NCBI GenBank assembly: GCA_046350795.1
Contig: JAXLZT010000001.1
Span: forward strand, 80,468 to 144,467
DNA length: 64,000 nt
Origin: Minisyncoccota bacterium
Lineage (GTDB): Bacteria; Patescibacteriota; Minisyncoccia; Phycocordibacterales; CALRHW01
Direction of reading: 5' to 3'
The position numbers and the translations under genes are program-made. Positions 1-9,961 of this stretch are shown here, one piece after another. A model generated the notes under the pieces. It had not been told where the DNA came from. It was given only the letters and a program-made list of their open reading frames with translations, and made no database searches. Position 1 is the stretch's first letter. Each line of letters starts with the position of its first letter.

Positions 1-190
1 ATAATGCTCTTTTATATATTCTCCATTTTAAAAATTTTCTTGTACATGGATAGTAAGTCGCATTCTGTAAGCGATACACTCATCAGCTTTTCTATACCAT
101 TTATAATATTAACCTGTCTTTTTCTTTTAATATGTTACAAAAAAGGTGAAAAACCTAGCTGGCATTGGGGTGATAAAAAATAAATAAACC

Positions 191-227
191 AAATAAAAAA
201 ACCGGCATTAAGCCGGTTTTTTTATTT
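191..227. terminator. Bidirectional intrinsic terminator downstream of ftsH
   Basis: Perfect inverted repeat AAATAAAAAAACCGGC-ATTAA-GCCGGTTTTTTTATTT just past the ftsH stop. Confidence 0.8.
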
Positions 228-232
228 GCTTA

Positions 233-2173
233 CTAGCCAGCATGTTCTATATCCATTTTATTTTTAAGCTGGATACCGTTTGCGACGATTATCTTTTCAT
301 ACTCTTCCCTTTCTATAGTTTCCACCTCTACTAGACGCAGAGCTATGATATCCAAAAGTTTTCTGTGTTTTGTAATAATATCCTCAGTTTTTTCGTAAGC
401 TTCTTTCATTATTTTAGACACTTCAGCATCTATCATCGCGCTTACCTCTTGGGAATATTCTTTTTCTTCTACACCTCTTCCAAACATAGCTCTACCACCA
501 GAACCCTCCAAAGCTATAGGTCCTATCTTTTCAGACATTCCGTATTTTGTAACCATATCGCGCGCGAGAGCTGTAGACACTTGCAAATCATTTGATGAAC
601 CGGTAGTAAGGTCGCCAAAAATATTTTTTTCTACTACATATCCACCAAGCGAAACCGCAATGTCATCTAGAAATTCATTTTTTGATTGCATCTTTTTGTC
701 ATCGAGAGGAAGCTTTAAAGTGTAGCCAGCCGCACGTCCACGAGAGATAATAGATATTTTGTGCACTGGATCAGCATACGGAAGCACTGAAGCGACGAGA
801 GCATGTCCGGCTTCGTGATACGCAGTGATTTCTTTTTCTTTTTTTGAAAGAATGTGACTTCTTCTCTCAGGACCAAGCATCACTTTTTCAATAGAACGAA
901 TCAGATCGTACTGAGAAACTTGTGTGCGGTTCTCTCGTGCAGCTAGTATTGCACCCTCATTCATTAGAGAGTACAAATCCGCACCAGAAAATCCTGGGGT
1001 ACGCTCTGCTATCACTCCCAAATTTACATCTTCTGCAAATGGTTTTGATTTTGAATGAATAGCCAAAATTTCTTCTCTGTCTTTTCTATCTGGAAAATCT
1101 AGAGTGACGCGTCGATCGAAACGTCCTGGTCGTAGCAGAGCCGGGTCAAGCACATCAGGTCTATTTGTCGCAGCCATTACTATCACCTTTTCATTTGGCT
1201 CAAAGCCGTCCATTTCTACAAGTATTTGATTTAGTGTCTGCTCTCTTTCATCATTTCCCCCACCAGCACCCACTCCTCTGACACGACCCACAGCGTCTAT
1301 TTCATCTACGAAAATTATCGCCGGCGCATTTTGTTTTGCCACCTTAAATAGATCACGCACACGTGAAGCTCCAACACCCACAAACATTTCAACAAACTCT
1401 GAACCAGAAATAGAAAAGAAAGAAACACCCGCTTCACCCGCGACCGCTCGCGCAAGCAAAGTCTTTCCTGTGCCGGGCGCGCCCATTAGCAAAATACCTT
1501 TTGGAATTCTTGCGCCAATATCTAGAAACTTTTTTGGATTCCTCAAAAAGTCGACAATTTCTTTCAATTCTTCTTTTGCTTCTTTTACACCAGCAACATC
1601 TTTAAAAGTCACTCTTTGTTTTTTGTCATCAGGAGAAATCATTCGCGCTTTTGATTGACCAAAAGTGAAAGCTTGTACTCCCGCACCACGCACCTGCCGA
1701 GTCATAAACCACAAAAAGAAAACTACGAAAATAATAGGAACGATTATCGGTGCTAAATTTATAACCCAATACCAAAAACCACTATCCCCCCTTATTTCTA
1801 TTTTCACTTCACTGAGTTTTTCTGGAGTGACCCCATAGTTTGTGAGAGTTTCAGAAAGTGCTGTCGTATCCTCTTTTTTTGCATCCTTTTTTTCTTGACT
1901 CTTGTAAACAATGTCTAAAAATTCCCCTTTTACATAAATATCTGACACAAGACCGGCATTTACATCACGTGCAAGCTCGCTGATAGATATTGTTGTGGAT
2001 TGTTTTTCTGCACCAGACAAAAAAGAATAAATAGTAAGAATGATAAAAAATATTAAAAATGTGCTACCAATATTTAGCCACATTTTATTTTTTTCTGGCA
2101 TACCTTTTTGTGGTACAGTTTTCTTTAAAACAACTTTAAGGTTTTTCTTATTTTTTTGATTAAATAGTTTCAT
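233..2173 (-). CDS. ftsH: ATP-dependent zinc metalloprotease FtsH
   Basis: Two N-terminal TM helices, Walker A GAPGTGKT, Walker [17 protein letters not shown] zinc motif; start placed at the ATG at 2173, 7 nt after TATAAT. Confidence 0.97.
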   Translation of the reverse strand: MKLFNQKNKKNLKVVLKKTVPQKGMPEKNKMWLNIGSTFLIFFIILTIYSFLSGAEKQSTTISISELARDVNAGLVSDIYVKGEFLDIVYKSQEKKDAKKEDTTALSETLTNYGVTPEKLSEVKIEIRGDSGFWYWVINLAPIIVPIIFVVFFLWFMTRQVRGAGVQAFTFGQSKARMISPDDKKQRVTFKDVAGVKEAKEELKEIVDFLRNPKKFLDIGARIPKGILLMGAPGTGKTLLARAVAGEAGVSFFSISGSEFVEMFVGVGASRVRDLFKVAKQNAPAIIFVDEIDAVGRVRGVGAGGGNDEREQTLNQILVEMDGFEPNEKVIVMAATNRPDVLDPALLRPGRFDRRVTLDFPDRKDREEILAIHSKSKPFAEDVNLGVIAERTPGFSGADLYSLMNEGAILAARENRTQVSQYDLIRSIEKVMLGPERRSHILSKKEKEITAYHEAGHALVASVLPYADPVHKISIISRGRAAGYTLKLPLDDKKMQSKNEFLDDIAVSLGGYVVEKNIFGDLTTGSSNDLQVSTALARDMVTKYGMSEKIGPIALEGSGGRAMFGRGVEEKEYSQEVSAMIDAEVSKIMKEAYEKTEDIITKHRKLLDIIALRLVEVETIEREEYEKIIVANGIQLKNKMDIEHAG

Positions 2174-2252
2174 ATGGACGATTATACAATAAAAGTTGAA
2201 GGGTCGCCTATGACAGCGACCCCTCCTGGGGACCAACGAGAGTTCGTGTGGC

Positions 2253-2459
2253 TCATGTATCGGGATTGAGCAACCTGCTAGAAAGCCCACGATTCCTCAT
2301 GCCTGTTGCGTGAGGATTGATCCTCCGTCTCGGAGGAAGTTTCTCCCACAGCCAGCTTCCCGCGTCACATGCCCAGGCAAGGGCAATGCAAAAGACAAGA
2401 ACAAACGTGGGAGGGAAATTGTCATCGAAACTCCCCTCAGCGTAACGTTCGCGACGCAT
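2253..2459 (-). CDS. Small hypothetical membrane protein in a GC-rich islet (68 aa)
   Basis: ATG preceded by TAGGAG; one hydrophobic stretch FVLVFCIALAWA; GC-richer than flanks. Confidence 0.45.
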   Translation of the reverse strand: MRRERYAEGSFDDNFPPTFVLVFCIALAWACDAGSWLWEKLPPRRRINPHATGMRNRGLSSRLLNPDT

Positions 2460-2537
2460 AGCGTGTTCTCCTAAAGATGTGCGTACAGACCCTGCAAGAT
2501 TATGCCAAAAATCCCCCATTTTTGCTATAGTAGGCTT

Positions 2538-2984
2538 GTGGCAACATTTATCCAAAATAAAAAAGCGCATTTCAACTATGAAATTACAGAAAAGCTCACT
2601 GCCGGTGTAGAGCTTCTTGGCTTTGAAGTAAAATCTGTGCGCGCGGGACAAGGATCTCTCGAAGGCTCATATGTCACCGTCCGTGGTGCAGAGGCATTCA
2701 TCATCGGCATGCATGTGGCACCATTTCAAGCTTTCAATACTCCACGCGATTACGATCCACTACGCAACCGCAAACTGCTTTTAACAAAAAAAGAAATCGC
2801 TACGCTCGGAGAAATAGAAAAAAAGAAGGGTTTGACAATAGTGCCTATTTCGGTGTATAGTATGGGCCGTAAGATCAAAGTGGAGCTAGGTATAGCGCGC
2901 GGAAAGAAAAGTTTTGATAAGCGCGAGACGATAAAAAAGCGAGACTCTGATCGAGACATACGACGCGCGATAAAAGATAGATAG
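2538..2984 (+). CDS. smpB: SsrA-binding protein SmpB
   Basis: NKKAHFNY, GVELLGFEVKS, RKLLL, GKKSFDKRETIK motifs; GTG start 6 nt after TGCTATAGT; adjacent to tmRNA. Confidence 0.97.
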   Translation: MATFIQNKKAHFNYEITEKLTAGVELLGFEVKSVRAGQGSLEGSYVTVRGAEAFIIGMHVAPFQAFNTPRDYDPLRNRKLLLTKKEIATLGEIEKKKGLTIVPISVYSMGRKIKVELGIARGKKSFDKRETIKKRDSDRDIRRAIKDR

Positions 2985-3022
2985 TGATGCGCAGAAAATA
3001 CGCGTCGAGCGAACATTGAAAT

Positions 3023-3426
3023 GGGGATGATCGGCCTAGACAGGAGATCAAATCATATATGTGCAAAGTGGAGCTCTGGTGACTCCTAAATCCGCCAGAA
3101 ATTCTAAGTGCAAACGCCTTAGTTACAAAAGCAAAGATCGTCTCTCCATTTTTTGGACAGAAAGATTTTGCTTTCGCTTACGCTTTAGCCTAAGCGACGT
3201 CGCACGAGCCGGCTCCCGTAAAGCTCATTGCGGTGTTATATATTCGGGATAAAGTGTCAGGGCGTTTCGACTGACATTGAAAATAATTGAAACTAGGTAC
3301 TACAAGGTTTTGTTTGTTCCCTACTTGTAGTACTCAAATCGTTCGCAAGAACGAAGAAACATCCTAAACTTTGTAGACTCATATCTGATCATTTCTTGCA
3401 CCCGAGTTCGATTCTCGGCATCTCCA
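3023..3426 (+). ncRNA. ssrA: tmRNA
   Basis: 5' GGGGATG pairs with 3' CATCTCC(A); T-arm CCGAGTTCGATTCTCGG; tag frame 3110-3193 ending YALA*; directly after smpB. Confidence 0.93.
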
Positions 3427-3450
3427 CAAATTAGTTAAGAAAATCACGTG

Positions 3451-3855
3451 ATGGAAAATAAGAAAAGAGAGTGGTCTATCGTTGAGACCCAAGATTTTTA
3501 TAAAAATCTGCTAAAAAAAGCGCTAGCGACTATTCCTGAAAAAGGAGCGGCTATGGTACTTGGACCTATGTTTATTATTAGAGCGCCAGAAGAAAACTTC
3601 GCCTTATTTGAAAAAGCACAAAATGAGTTACAAGAAAAAGGTGTTGAGATTTTTAATCAATTACCTTTTGTTGACTATATTATCGGAGACGCACCATTTG
3701 ATTACAAAACTAAATTCGAATTATTTTATAAAGCACTCATAAACTCTGGGAAAATTACGTCCTGCTATTTACTTCCTGATTGGGAAAAGTCAGAAGGCAC
3801 AAGAAGCGAAATCCAGTATTGCAAAGATGCGAAAATACCGGTTTTTGAGATGTAA
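3451..3855 (+). CDS. DUF4406 / nucleoside 2-deoxyribosyltransferase-like protein
   Basis: C-terminal LLPDWEKSEGTRSE...IPV motif resembles the DUF4406 family. Confidence 0.6.
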   Translation: MENKKREWSIVETQDFYKNLLKKALATIPEKGAAMVLGPMFIIRAPEENFALFEKAQNELQEKGVEIFNQLPFVDYIIGDAPFDYKTKFELFYKALINSGKITSCYLLPDWEKSEGTRSEIQYCKDAKIPVFEM

Positions 3856-3956
3856 GTATTTGTTGACATAATACACAAAAAGTACTATTTTCACTATGAA
3901 ATGCACAAAACCGATAACGTTATCGGTCTGAACGAAGACCTGAAAGGATGGTCCAA

Positions 3957-4421
3957 ATGAAGGAGAACGACCTAAAAATCGGGAGAAAGGTGGAAGTGAC
4001 TTCCCTTTCCAACACACAGGATTGGGGAATTGATGACCAGTACCTCGCGGGGCGCAAGCTGGGGGCCGTAGGCACAGCGCACAAGGCTGCATTCGGCAGG
4101 TGCGCTGGTCTCTGGTACATCAGGGACAACGATGGGCGACTCTCCGTCTACCACGCAGACGAGCTGAGCATCCCTCGCGCGGAGCTCGAGCTAGAGCTTG
4201 CCGAAGCCAAGAACGCCATCGAGGAGTTGATCGCAAACGTGGATAGAGCGACCAATGAGGTGCTGTACCTGACCACTGCCCTGCACCATCTCTCCAATCT
4301 TCGGAAGGGCTGGTGGCCATTTGTCGCCAAGCACAGGATCGATGACATCTTCAAGGTACTCAAGGAGGCCCGCAGACTCTTTGAAGAAAGACTTGAAAAA
4401 AGCCGTGAGAAGCCGCAGTAA
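3957..4421 (+). CDS. Hypothetical protein in a GC-rich islet (SH3-like N-terminus, coiled-coil C-terminus)
   Basis: AAAGGA before the ATG at 3957; upstream TTGACA-N17-TACTAT-type promoter near 3863-3890; downstream hairpin. Confidence 0.6.
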   Translation: MKENDLKIGRKVEVTSLSNTQDWGIDDQYLAGRKLGAVGTAHKAAFGRCAGLWYIRDNDGRLSVYHADELSIPRAELELELAEAKNAIEELIANVDRATNEVLYLTTALHHLSNLRKGWWPFVAKHRIDDIFKVLKEARRLFEERLEKSREKPQ

Positions 4422-4539
4422 GCGAGACTCACGGCTTTCTCATTTGTCTAAAGTTTTTTAATGGTAGATAATGTATGAGGCGTTCCCGTATCGCGCATTT
4501 ATGCGCAACAGAAGTTTGGGCAACTTACTGGGAGATCAC

Positions 4540-4818
4540 ATGGCTACGGTGGGAGACATCGTGGAGGTCGTGGACAAAATCAAGGAGGAAAACAAGAAAC
4601 TCAAGGGGTTGGACTTCACACGAGAGCAGTGTGAACTCATCAGCAAACTTGGAGACATCGTCTTTGAGCACATCGGACTGAGAGATGTTCGACGTCCATT
4701 CGCGCTCACCATTCAGGTCAACGCAGAAGCGGAGAGTGTCTTGCACACTCTCCGGGGGTTCTTGATCCAAACACACACAGAGACAAAGAGAAAGGAGCCT
4801 GAAGGCACACTCGTGTAG
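4540..4818 (+). CDS. Hypothetical protein in a GC-rich islet
   Basis: GGGAG 5 nt before the ATG at 4540; open frame; followed by a hairpin. Confidence 0.55.
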   Translation: MATVGDIVEVVDKIKEENKKLKGLDFTREQCELISKLGDIVFEHIGLRDVRRPFALTIQVNAEAESVLHTLRGFLIQTHTETKRKEPEGTLV

Positions 4819-4837
4819 GCGCAAGCCTGACACACAT

Positions 4838-4873
4838 ACCGACCCGTAGGAAAGAAATTTCCCGGGTCGGTTT
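4838..4873. terminator. Hairpin between convergent islet gene and lexA
   Basis: ACCGACCCG...CGGGTCGGT inverted repeat. Confidence 0.6.
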
Positions 4874-5438
4874 AATATTTTCTAACCACACCTTTTACCA
4901 CAGCAGCGATACGAAAACTTTCTGTGGGATAAATGGGTTTGTAGTTTTTGTTGGCTGGCTCGAGCCAAACTTTACCATTTTTTGATCTGTAAAATTTCAT
5001 AGTCCACCCACCATCTACTTCCGCAATAACTATTTCACCATCGCGTGCATACTCGCGTCTCTCCGCAACCACCATGTCTCCTTCTTGTATACCTTCTTCT
5101 ATCATTGAATCACCCTTTACCTCCAACATGTAGGTTTTGCTCTGATCTTCGATAAGAAGCTCGTCTATACTCATAGTGTCTAGCTGATCCTCTTCTGCAA
5201 CAGAAGGAAAACCAGCTTCCACCAAACCAAGGACAGGGACTTGTCCAAACATATTTTTAGGAATGAGCCGGCCTTGAGAATCTTTTTCTACTATCCCCGC
5301 CTCTACCATTTTATTGATGAGTTTGTAGACAGCATTTTTAGATTTGAAACCAACGAGTGCCATGATTTCTTTGTATCCAGGCATTCGTCGATGCTTTTTA
5401 TAAAATCCTAAAATTTTTTGTTTGTATTGTTCGTTCAT
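4872..5438 (-). CDS. lexA: LexA repressor (S24 family)
   Basis: N-terminal winged HTH (RMPGYKEIM...GFKSKNAV), Ala-Gly cleavage site VEAGFP, catalytic GDSM and TMK. Confidence 0.92.
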   Translation of the reverse strand: MNEQYKQKILGFYKKHRRMPGYKEIMALVGFKSKNAVYKLINKMVEAGIVEKDSQGRLIPKNMFGQVPVLGLVEAGFPSVAEEDQLDTMSIDELLIEDQSKTYMLEVKGDSMIEEGIQEGDMVVAERREYARDGEIVIAEVDGGWTMKFYRSKNGKVWLEPANKNYKPIYPTESFRIAAVVKGVVRKY

Positions 5439-5459
5439 TTAAATCTATTGCACTCCTGA

Positions 5460-5654
5460 TTAAAGAAACGACGCAAAGCCAAATGATCTTGTGAGCCAAG
5501 CACTGCGACGCATCTGACTGAGCTGACTGCGAAGACGCTTGTGTGCTTTTGCTTCTTTGGAATATGATTGGCCTTTTATAATTTTTAAATCTATCTGATC
5601 ATTTAGCCTTTTGAGCTCATCGTGTATTGAATATAACATTCTGTTTTTACTCAT
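5460..5654 (-). CDS. Small basic hypothetical protein, first gene of the lexA transcript
   Basis: 64-aa helical-looking ORF, 21 bp upstream of lexA and directly downstream of the promoter. Confidence 0.7.
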   Translation of the reverse strand: MSKNRMLYSIHDELKRLNDQIDLKIIKGQSYSKEAKAHKRLRSQLSQMRRSAWLTRSFGFASFL

Positions 5655-5690
5655 GTTTTTTATGTTATTAAATAATTAATCTTTATATAG

Positions 5691-5720
5691 AGTATAGGTG
5701 AACTAGGGTTCACCAGTCAA
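5691..5720 (-). promoter_or_regulatory. Sigma70 promoter with a putative LexA operator filling the spacer
   Basis: Minus strand TTGACT-GGTGAACCCTAGTTCACC-TATACT; palindrome GGTGAAC-N4-GTTCACC at 5697-5714. Confidence 0.8.
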
Positions 5721-5866
5721 TGTGGACAAGATTCTAGAAAATAAAAAATGGGTGCGGTCAACTCTACCCTATTTAAATTACGAGTGTATACTTTTATACG
5801 GCGTTCACAAACATTGTGCTGAGAAACAGACCCGGTCTTGCCACTTACAAAAGGAATGGTGACACA

Positions 5867-6205
5867 ATGTCCACCGAAGAAACACCGGAATACGATTTCG
5901 AGGGCGTAGCCCACAGGGTGTACCCAGGAACAAGGACTCGCAACCCCAACATTGCACCGATCCACGTCAGGGCATTCGGTACGTGCGGAGGAATCCAGCA
6001 TCCCATTCACGCTCAGCTGTTGGGTCTCGAAAGACCACAGTCGGCCACTGACCAACGCTCTCAGCCCTCTCTCTTTGGGGATGATGAAGAAAAGAGGTGC
6101 TGTGGCAATCCATCTTGTGCAGGATCTTGTCCGCACAAGAGAGAGGGTGCCGAGATCTCCGCTGACACCGACAGCGTCAACGTCACCTCTTCGGTGAAGC
6201 ACTAG
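5867..6205 (+). CDS. Hypothetical protein with a Cys-rich C-terminal motif, in a GC-rich islet
   Basis: AAGGA upstream of the ATG; CCGNPSCAGSCPH motif; downstream terminator. Confidence 0.55.
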   Translation: MSTEETPEYDFEGVAHRVYPGTRTRNPNIAPIHVRAFGTCGGIQHPIHAQLLGLERPQSATDQRSQPSLFGDDEEKRCCGNPSCAGSCPHKREGAEISADTDSVNVTSSVKH

Positions 6206-6236
6206 CCCACATCGCGACCAACGTGGTCGCGGTACA

Positions 6237-6275
6237 AGCCCAACCCCTATGGACGGGGGTTGGGCACTTTTTTTA
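6237..6275 (+). terminator. Intrinsic terminator
   Basis: GCCCAACCCC...GGGGTTGGGC followed by a T run. Confidence 0.75.
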
Positions 6276-6299
6276 TTTTTTTTGATGTAAAATAAGTAA

Positions 6300-7376
6300 A
6301 TGGAAAAAAACACTCCACAATTTTTCACCAGAACAGAAGAAGCTTGGGATGCAATGTTGGCCGAATGCTCAAAAGCAGAGCACTCTATAGATATAGAACA
6401 ATACATCTTTACAAATGATACCGTCGGTAAACGTTTCCTAGAGACATTAATACGAAAACAAAAAGAAGGAGTGAGAGTGCGTATGATTTGCGACACAGTG
6501 GGAAGTTATTTTTTTTATAATTCACTCACCCCAGATGAACTAAGAGCAATAGGAATACAAATACAATTTTTTAATATCATAAGTCCGTGGAGGTTGCATA
6601 ATATTTTTTCTTGGTATTTTAGAGATCACAGAAAAATACTCGTTATAGACGGAAAAACAGCTATCGTCGGTGGATCTGGAATACGAGAAGATATGCGTTT
6701 TTGGCGTGACACAAATGTGAAAGTGACGGGTGCGATAGCAGAAGAAATGCAAGAAATATTTAATGAAATGTGGGTGCTTGCTAAAGAAAAAAATATATTT
6801 AAAAGAATAAACAGGTCTAGAAGAAGAAAAAAACTGCAACACATCGTTACCAATGCCCCCTACCTACGTAGACGATTTTTATATCGCAGATTTCTAAAAG
6901 AAATACGTTATTCAAAAAAATATATTTTACTAACAACGCCGTATTTTGTACCAAATCAAAAATTACTTAATGCTTTATGCTACGCTGTGCGACGTGGAGT
7001 GGATGTGCGAGTTATAGTACCAAAAACATCTGACACCATCTTAGTAAACCGCGCATCTCATAGTTTTTTCTATGATCTACTAATGGGAGGGGTAAAAATA
7101 TACCAATACCCACATTATTTTATACACACAAAGACAGCCGTAATAGACGACACATGGTCTACGATAGGTAGTTTTAATTTTGATAATCTCAGTTTCTTTT
7201 ATAATCACGAAGCAAACATAGTTTCCAACAACAAATCGTTTATTTTCCCTCTAAAAAGACACTTTGAATATGATATGGCCAAATCTGAGATGGTCACTCT
7301 AGAGAATTGGAAAAAAAGGCCTATTTTATGGAAATTTCGTGAATTTATGGTTACCCCAATAAGGCGTTTTCTATAA
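6300..7376 (+). CDS. cls: Cardiolipin synthase-like phospholipase D family protein
   Basis: Two HKD motifs (DHRKILVIDG, IHTKTAVIDD) and GSFNFD. Confidence 0.88.
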   Translation: MEKNTPQFFTRTEEAWDAMLAECSKAEHSIDIEQYIFTNDTVGKRFLETLIRKQKEGVRVRMICDTVGSYFFYNSLTPDELRAIGIQIQFFNIISPWRLHNIFSWYFRDHRKILVIDGKTAIVGGSGIREDMRFWRDTNVKVTGAIAEEMQEIFNEMWVLAKEKNIFKRINRSRRRKKLQHIVTNAPYLRRRFLYRRFLKEIRYSKKYILLTTPYFVPNQKLLNALCYAVRRGVDVRVIVPKTSDTILVNRASHSFFYDLLMGGVKIYQYPHYFIHTKTAVIDDTWSTIGSFNFDNLSFFYNHEANIVSNNKSFIFPLKRHFEYDMAKSEMVTLENWKKRPILWKFREFMVTPIRRFL

Positions 7377-7461
7377 ATAACATCAAGCCCCGTAGCCTAT
7401 TGCTCTATTTTCAAAAGAATGCTATATTTTTGGGACGTTATCAGGTTATTTCACACATATA

Positions 7462-7971
7462 TTGAGTACCAAGGTTAGAATCAATCATCAAATAAAAGCA
7501 CCGCAATTGCGGGTTTTAAGTGCCGATGGGGAAAATTTTGGGGTTATCTCTCTAGAAGAGGCCCTAAAAAAGGCAGAATTGGCTGGATTAGATCTCATTG
7601 AGATATCGCCAAACGCTACACCACCCGTTGCAAAGATAATGGACTATGGTAAATTCCAGTACGACGATAACAAAAAGCAGAAGCTCGCAAAGGCAAAAGC
7701 TCACGTAGTGGAAGTCAAAAATATACAGGTAAAAGTAGGTACCGGCGATCACGATCTAGCTCTAAAAGCAAAAAAGGCTTCAGAGTGGCTAGAAGAAGGA
7801 AATCGAGTAAAAATAGATCTTTTTCTACCAGGAAGAACTAAATACATGGATCTAAACTTTCTAAAAGAAAGAATGGATAGAGTACTTAAGCTCATCACAG
7901 TAGAATTTAAAATCGCAGATGCGCCAAAGAAAAGCCTAAAAGGACTTACAGCAATAATAGAGAGAAAATAG
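7462..7971 (+). CDS. infC: Translation initiation factor IF-3
   Basis: RINHQI, PPVAKIMDYGKF motifs; non-ATG start. Confidence 0.96.
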   Translation: MSTKVRINHQIKAPQLRVLSADGENFGVISLEEALKKAELAGLDLIEISPNATPPVAKIMDYGKFQYDDNKKQKLAKAKAHVVEVKNIQVKVGTGDHDLALKAKKASEWLEEGNRVKIDLFLPGRTKYMDLNFLKERMDRVLKLITVEFKIADAPKKSLKGLTAIIERK

Positions 7972-7994
7972 AAAAGTGCACAAAAATAAAAATT

Positions 7995-8180
7995 ATGAAA
8001 ACAAACAAATCATTTTCAAAAAGATTAAAGCTTACAAAGCAAGGAAAAATCATTGCTCGTAAGACTGGTCAAAACCACTTCAATTCAAAAGAGAGTGGTC
8101 GAAGTCAGATTTCAAAAAAGCGATCTGTGGGTTTTGTGATGAGTAATAAAACAAAAAGCCGATATCTGATAAACATGTAA
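7995..8180 (+). CDS. rpmI: 50S ribosomal protein L35
   Basis: MKTNKSFSKR..., located between infC and rplT. Confidence 0.93.
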   Translation: MKTNKSFSKRLKLTKQGKIIARKTGQNHFNSKESGRSQISKKRSVGFVMSNKTKSRYLINM

Positions 8181-8199
8181 TAAATTTTAAATAAAGACC

Positions 8200-8544
8200 A
8201 TGACAAGAGTAAAAAAAGGAGTAAATGCATTAAAGACAAGAAAAAATGTACTCAAAAGAGTAAAGGGTTTTAGATTTGGACGTGGAACAAAAGAGCGCCA
8301 AGCATACGACGCTATCGCCCACGCCGGAGCACACTCTTTTGCACATCGACGCGATAAGAAAAATGATATGCGAAAGCTTTGGAATGTACGTATCAATGCT
8401 GCCCTAGATCCAAAAGGTCTTTCTTACAGTAAATTTATTGGTGCTTTAAAAAAGAAAAATATTGTCATAGACAGAAAAATACTTTCTCTCCTTGCAGACA
8501 AAAACCCAGAAACATTTGATCGAATCATAGCAAAGGTAAAATAA
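8200..8544 (+). CDS. rplT: 50S ribosomal protein L20
   Basis: MTRVKKG, RKLWNVRINAA, SYSKFI. Confidence 0.97.
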   Translation: MTRVKKGVNALKTRKNVLKRVKGFRFGRGTKERQAYDAIAHAGAHSFAHRRDKKNDMRKLWNVRINAALDPKGLSYSKFIGALKKKNIVIDRKILSLLADKNPETFDRIIAKVK

Positions 8545-8577
8545 CAAAAAACCCGCAGTAAGCGGGTTTTTTGTTTT
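8543..8577. terminator. Bidirectional terminator between rplT and the MBL RNase gene
   Basis: AAAAAACCCGC-AGTAA-GCGGGTTTTTT inverted repeat. Confidence 0.8.
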
Positions 8578-9961
8578 AACAAGGCAACTCGTAAGTCTTC
8601 CCCCTTTCTGGATACAGTGCATCCACTCCCACATAGTCACGCAATCTTTGAACCAAAAAAAGGCCTGATTTTGGTTCACCTAAAACAACAAAAACTTTTT
8701 TTACAGTTTTACTAGTATGTTCTACGAATTCTATTAAATGATCAGAATCCTTGTGCGCAGAATATCCAGAAATATTTTCTATTCTTGCCCTTACAGATAC
8801 GTGCTCCCCTTTTATCACCACCTCACGCACGCCATCTTGTAGTTGGCGACCAAAAGTGCCCAGCCCTTGATACCCGATAAGTAAAATAGTATTTTTTTCA
8901 TCTGGCAAATAGTGCGCTTCATGTCCCACCACTCGCCCACCATTACTCATACCAGAACCAGCAATAATTATTTTTGGATTTGGTGTATTTATAATTCCTC
9001 GAGAATCCTCGCTACGAATAACATTTTTGAGTTTTGGAAAATTAAATATATGGTCACCACCAGCAATATCCCTTCTCGTAGCCTCGTTGAAGAGTTTTTG
9101 CGAACTCTGACGTTGATATATATCTGTAATCTTTATTGCAAGCGGAGAATCTAGGTAAACCGGAATTTGCGGTACAACTCCATCTTCCATCATATTATTT
9201 ATTTTATATAAGATAATCTGTGTGCGTTCTAGAGAAAAAGAAGGAATCACGAGAACTCCTTGTTTTTTTATAGTATCTTTTATGACCGCCACAAGTTTCT
9301 TATCAGAATCAGCCTGATTTTCATGATTCCTGTCACCGTATACACTATCTAAAACAAGATAGTCTGCATCCGTAACCCACTCTGTATCCTTTAAAAGCAT
9401 AGCCGGAGAATTACCCAAATCGCCACAAAAAACGATCTTTTTACCATTGTATGAAAGCTCGTATATAGCCGAACCAAGCACGTGTCCAGCATCCTTTAAA
9501 TATACTTTAAAGTCCGGCGCGCTTAGGTTGCCACCGACCACTTTCTCCTGATGATATGGAATAGTCTGCCAAAGCGAAAAAGCTTGGTTTACATGAATAT
9601 CAAAATACATTGGCGGTTTACCATTTGCCTTTGACTCCATTTCAATAATTTTTACAGCGTCTTCTAGCATCAGACGTGCTATTTCTCTCGTCTGCTCTGT
9701 AGAATAAATAACTCCCTTAAAACCGTCTTTTACGAGTTTTGGAATTCTACCTATATGATCTATGTGAGCGTGTGTTACAAAAAGTATATCAATACTCGCT
9801 GGATCATATGAAAAATCTTTTTTATTTTCTTCTTCTGCGTACTGACTTCCCTGCATTAATCCGCAATCAACAAGTATTTTTGTCTTGTCGCTTTCTAATA
9901 AAAAGTTGGCGCCAGTCACGGTGCCCACTCCCGTGCAAAATGTAAGTTTAAGAGATGACAT
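8576..9961 (-). CDS. MBL-fold beta-CASP ribonuclease (Ysh1/CPSF-like)
   Basis: VDCG, THAHIDHIG, AGHVLGS, GYSAHKD motifs; start at MSSLKLTF. Confidence 0.9.
   Translation of the reverse strand: MSSLKLTFCTGVGTVTGANFLLESDKTKILVDCGLMQGSQYAEEENKKDFSYDPASIDILFVTHAHIDHIGRIPKLVKDGFKGVIYSTEQTREIARLMLEDAVKIIEMESKANGKPPMYFDIHVNQAFSLWQTIPYHQEKVVGGNLSAPDFKVYLKDAGHVLGSAIYELSYNGKKIVFCGDLGNSPAMLLKDTEWVTDADYLVLDSVYGDRNHENQADSDKKLVAVIKDTIKKQGVLVIPSFSLERTQIILYKINNMMEDGVVPQIPVYLDSPLAIKITDIYQRQSSQKLFNEATRRDIAGGDHIFNFPKLKNVIRSEDSRGIINTPNPKIIIAGSGMSNGGRVVGHEAHYLPDEKNTILLIGYQGLGTFGRQLQDGVREVVIKGEHVSVRARIENISGYSAHKDSDHLIEFVEHTSKTVKKVFVVLGEPKSGLFLVQRLRDYVGVDALYPERGKTYELPC

Noticed and set aside
1-180. Possible gene fragment at the window start
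   Set aside because: Only short AT-rich frames with no recognisable motif, so it cannot be supported.
3427-4870. Integrative element or prophage at the tmRNA 3' end
   Set aside because: Accessory genes follow tmRNA, but I found no integrase and no duplicated tmRNA 3' end (att site).
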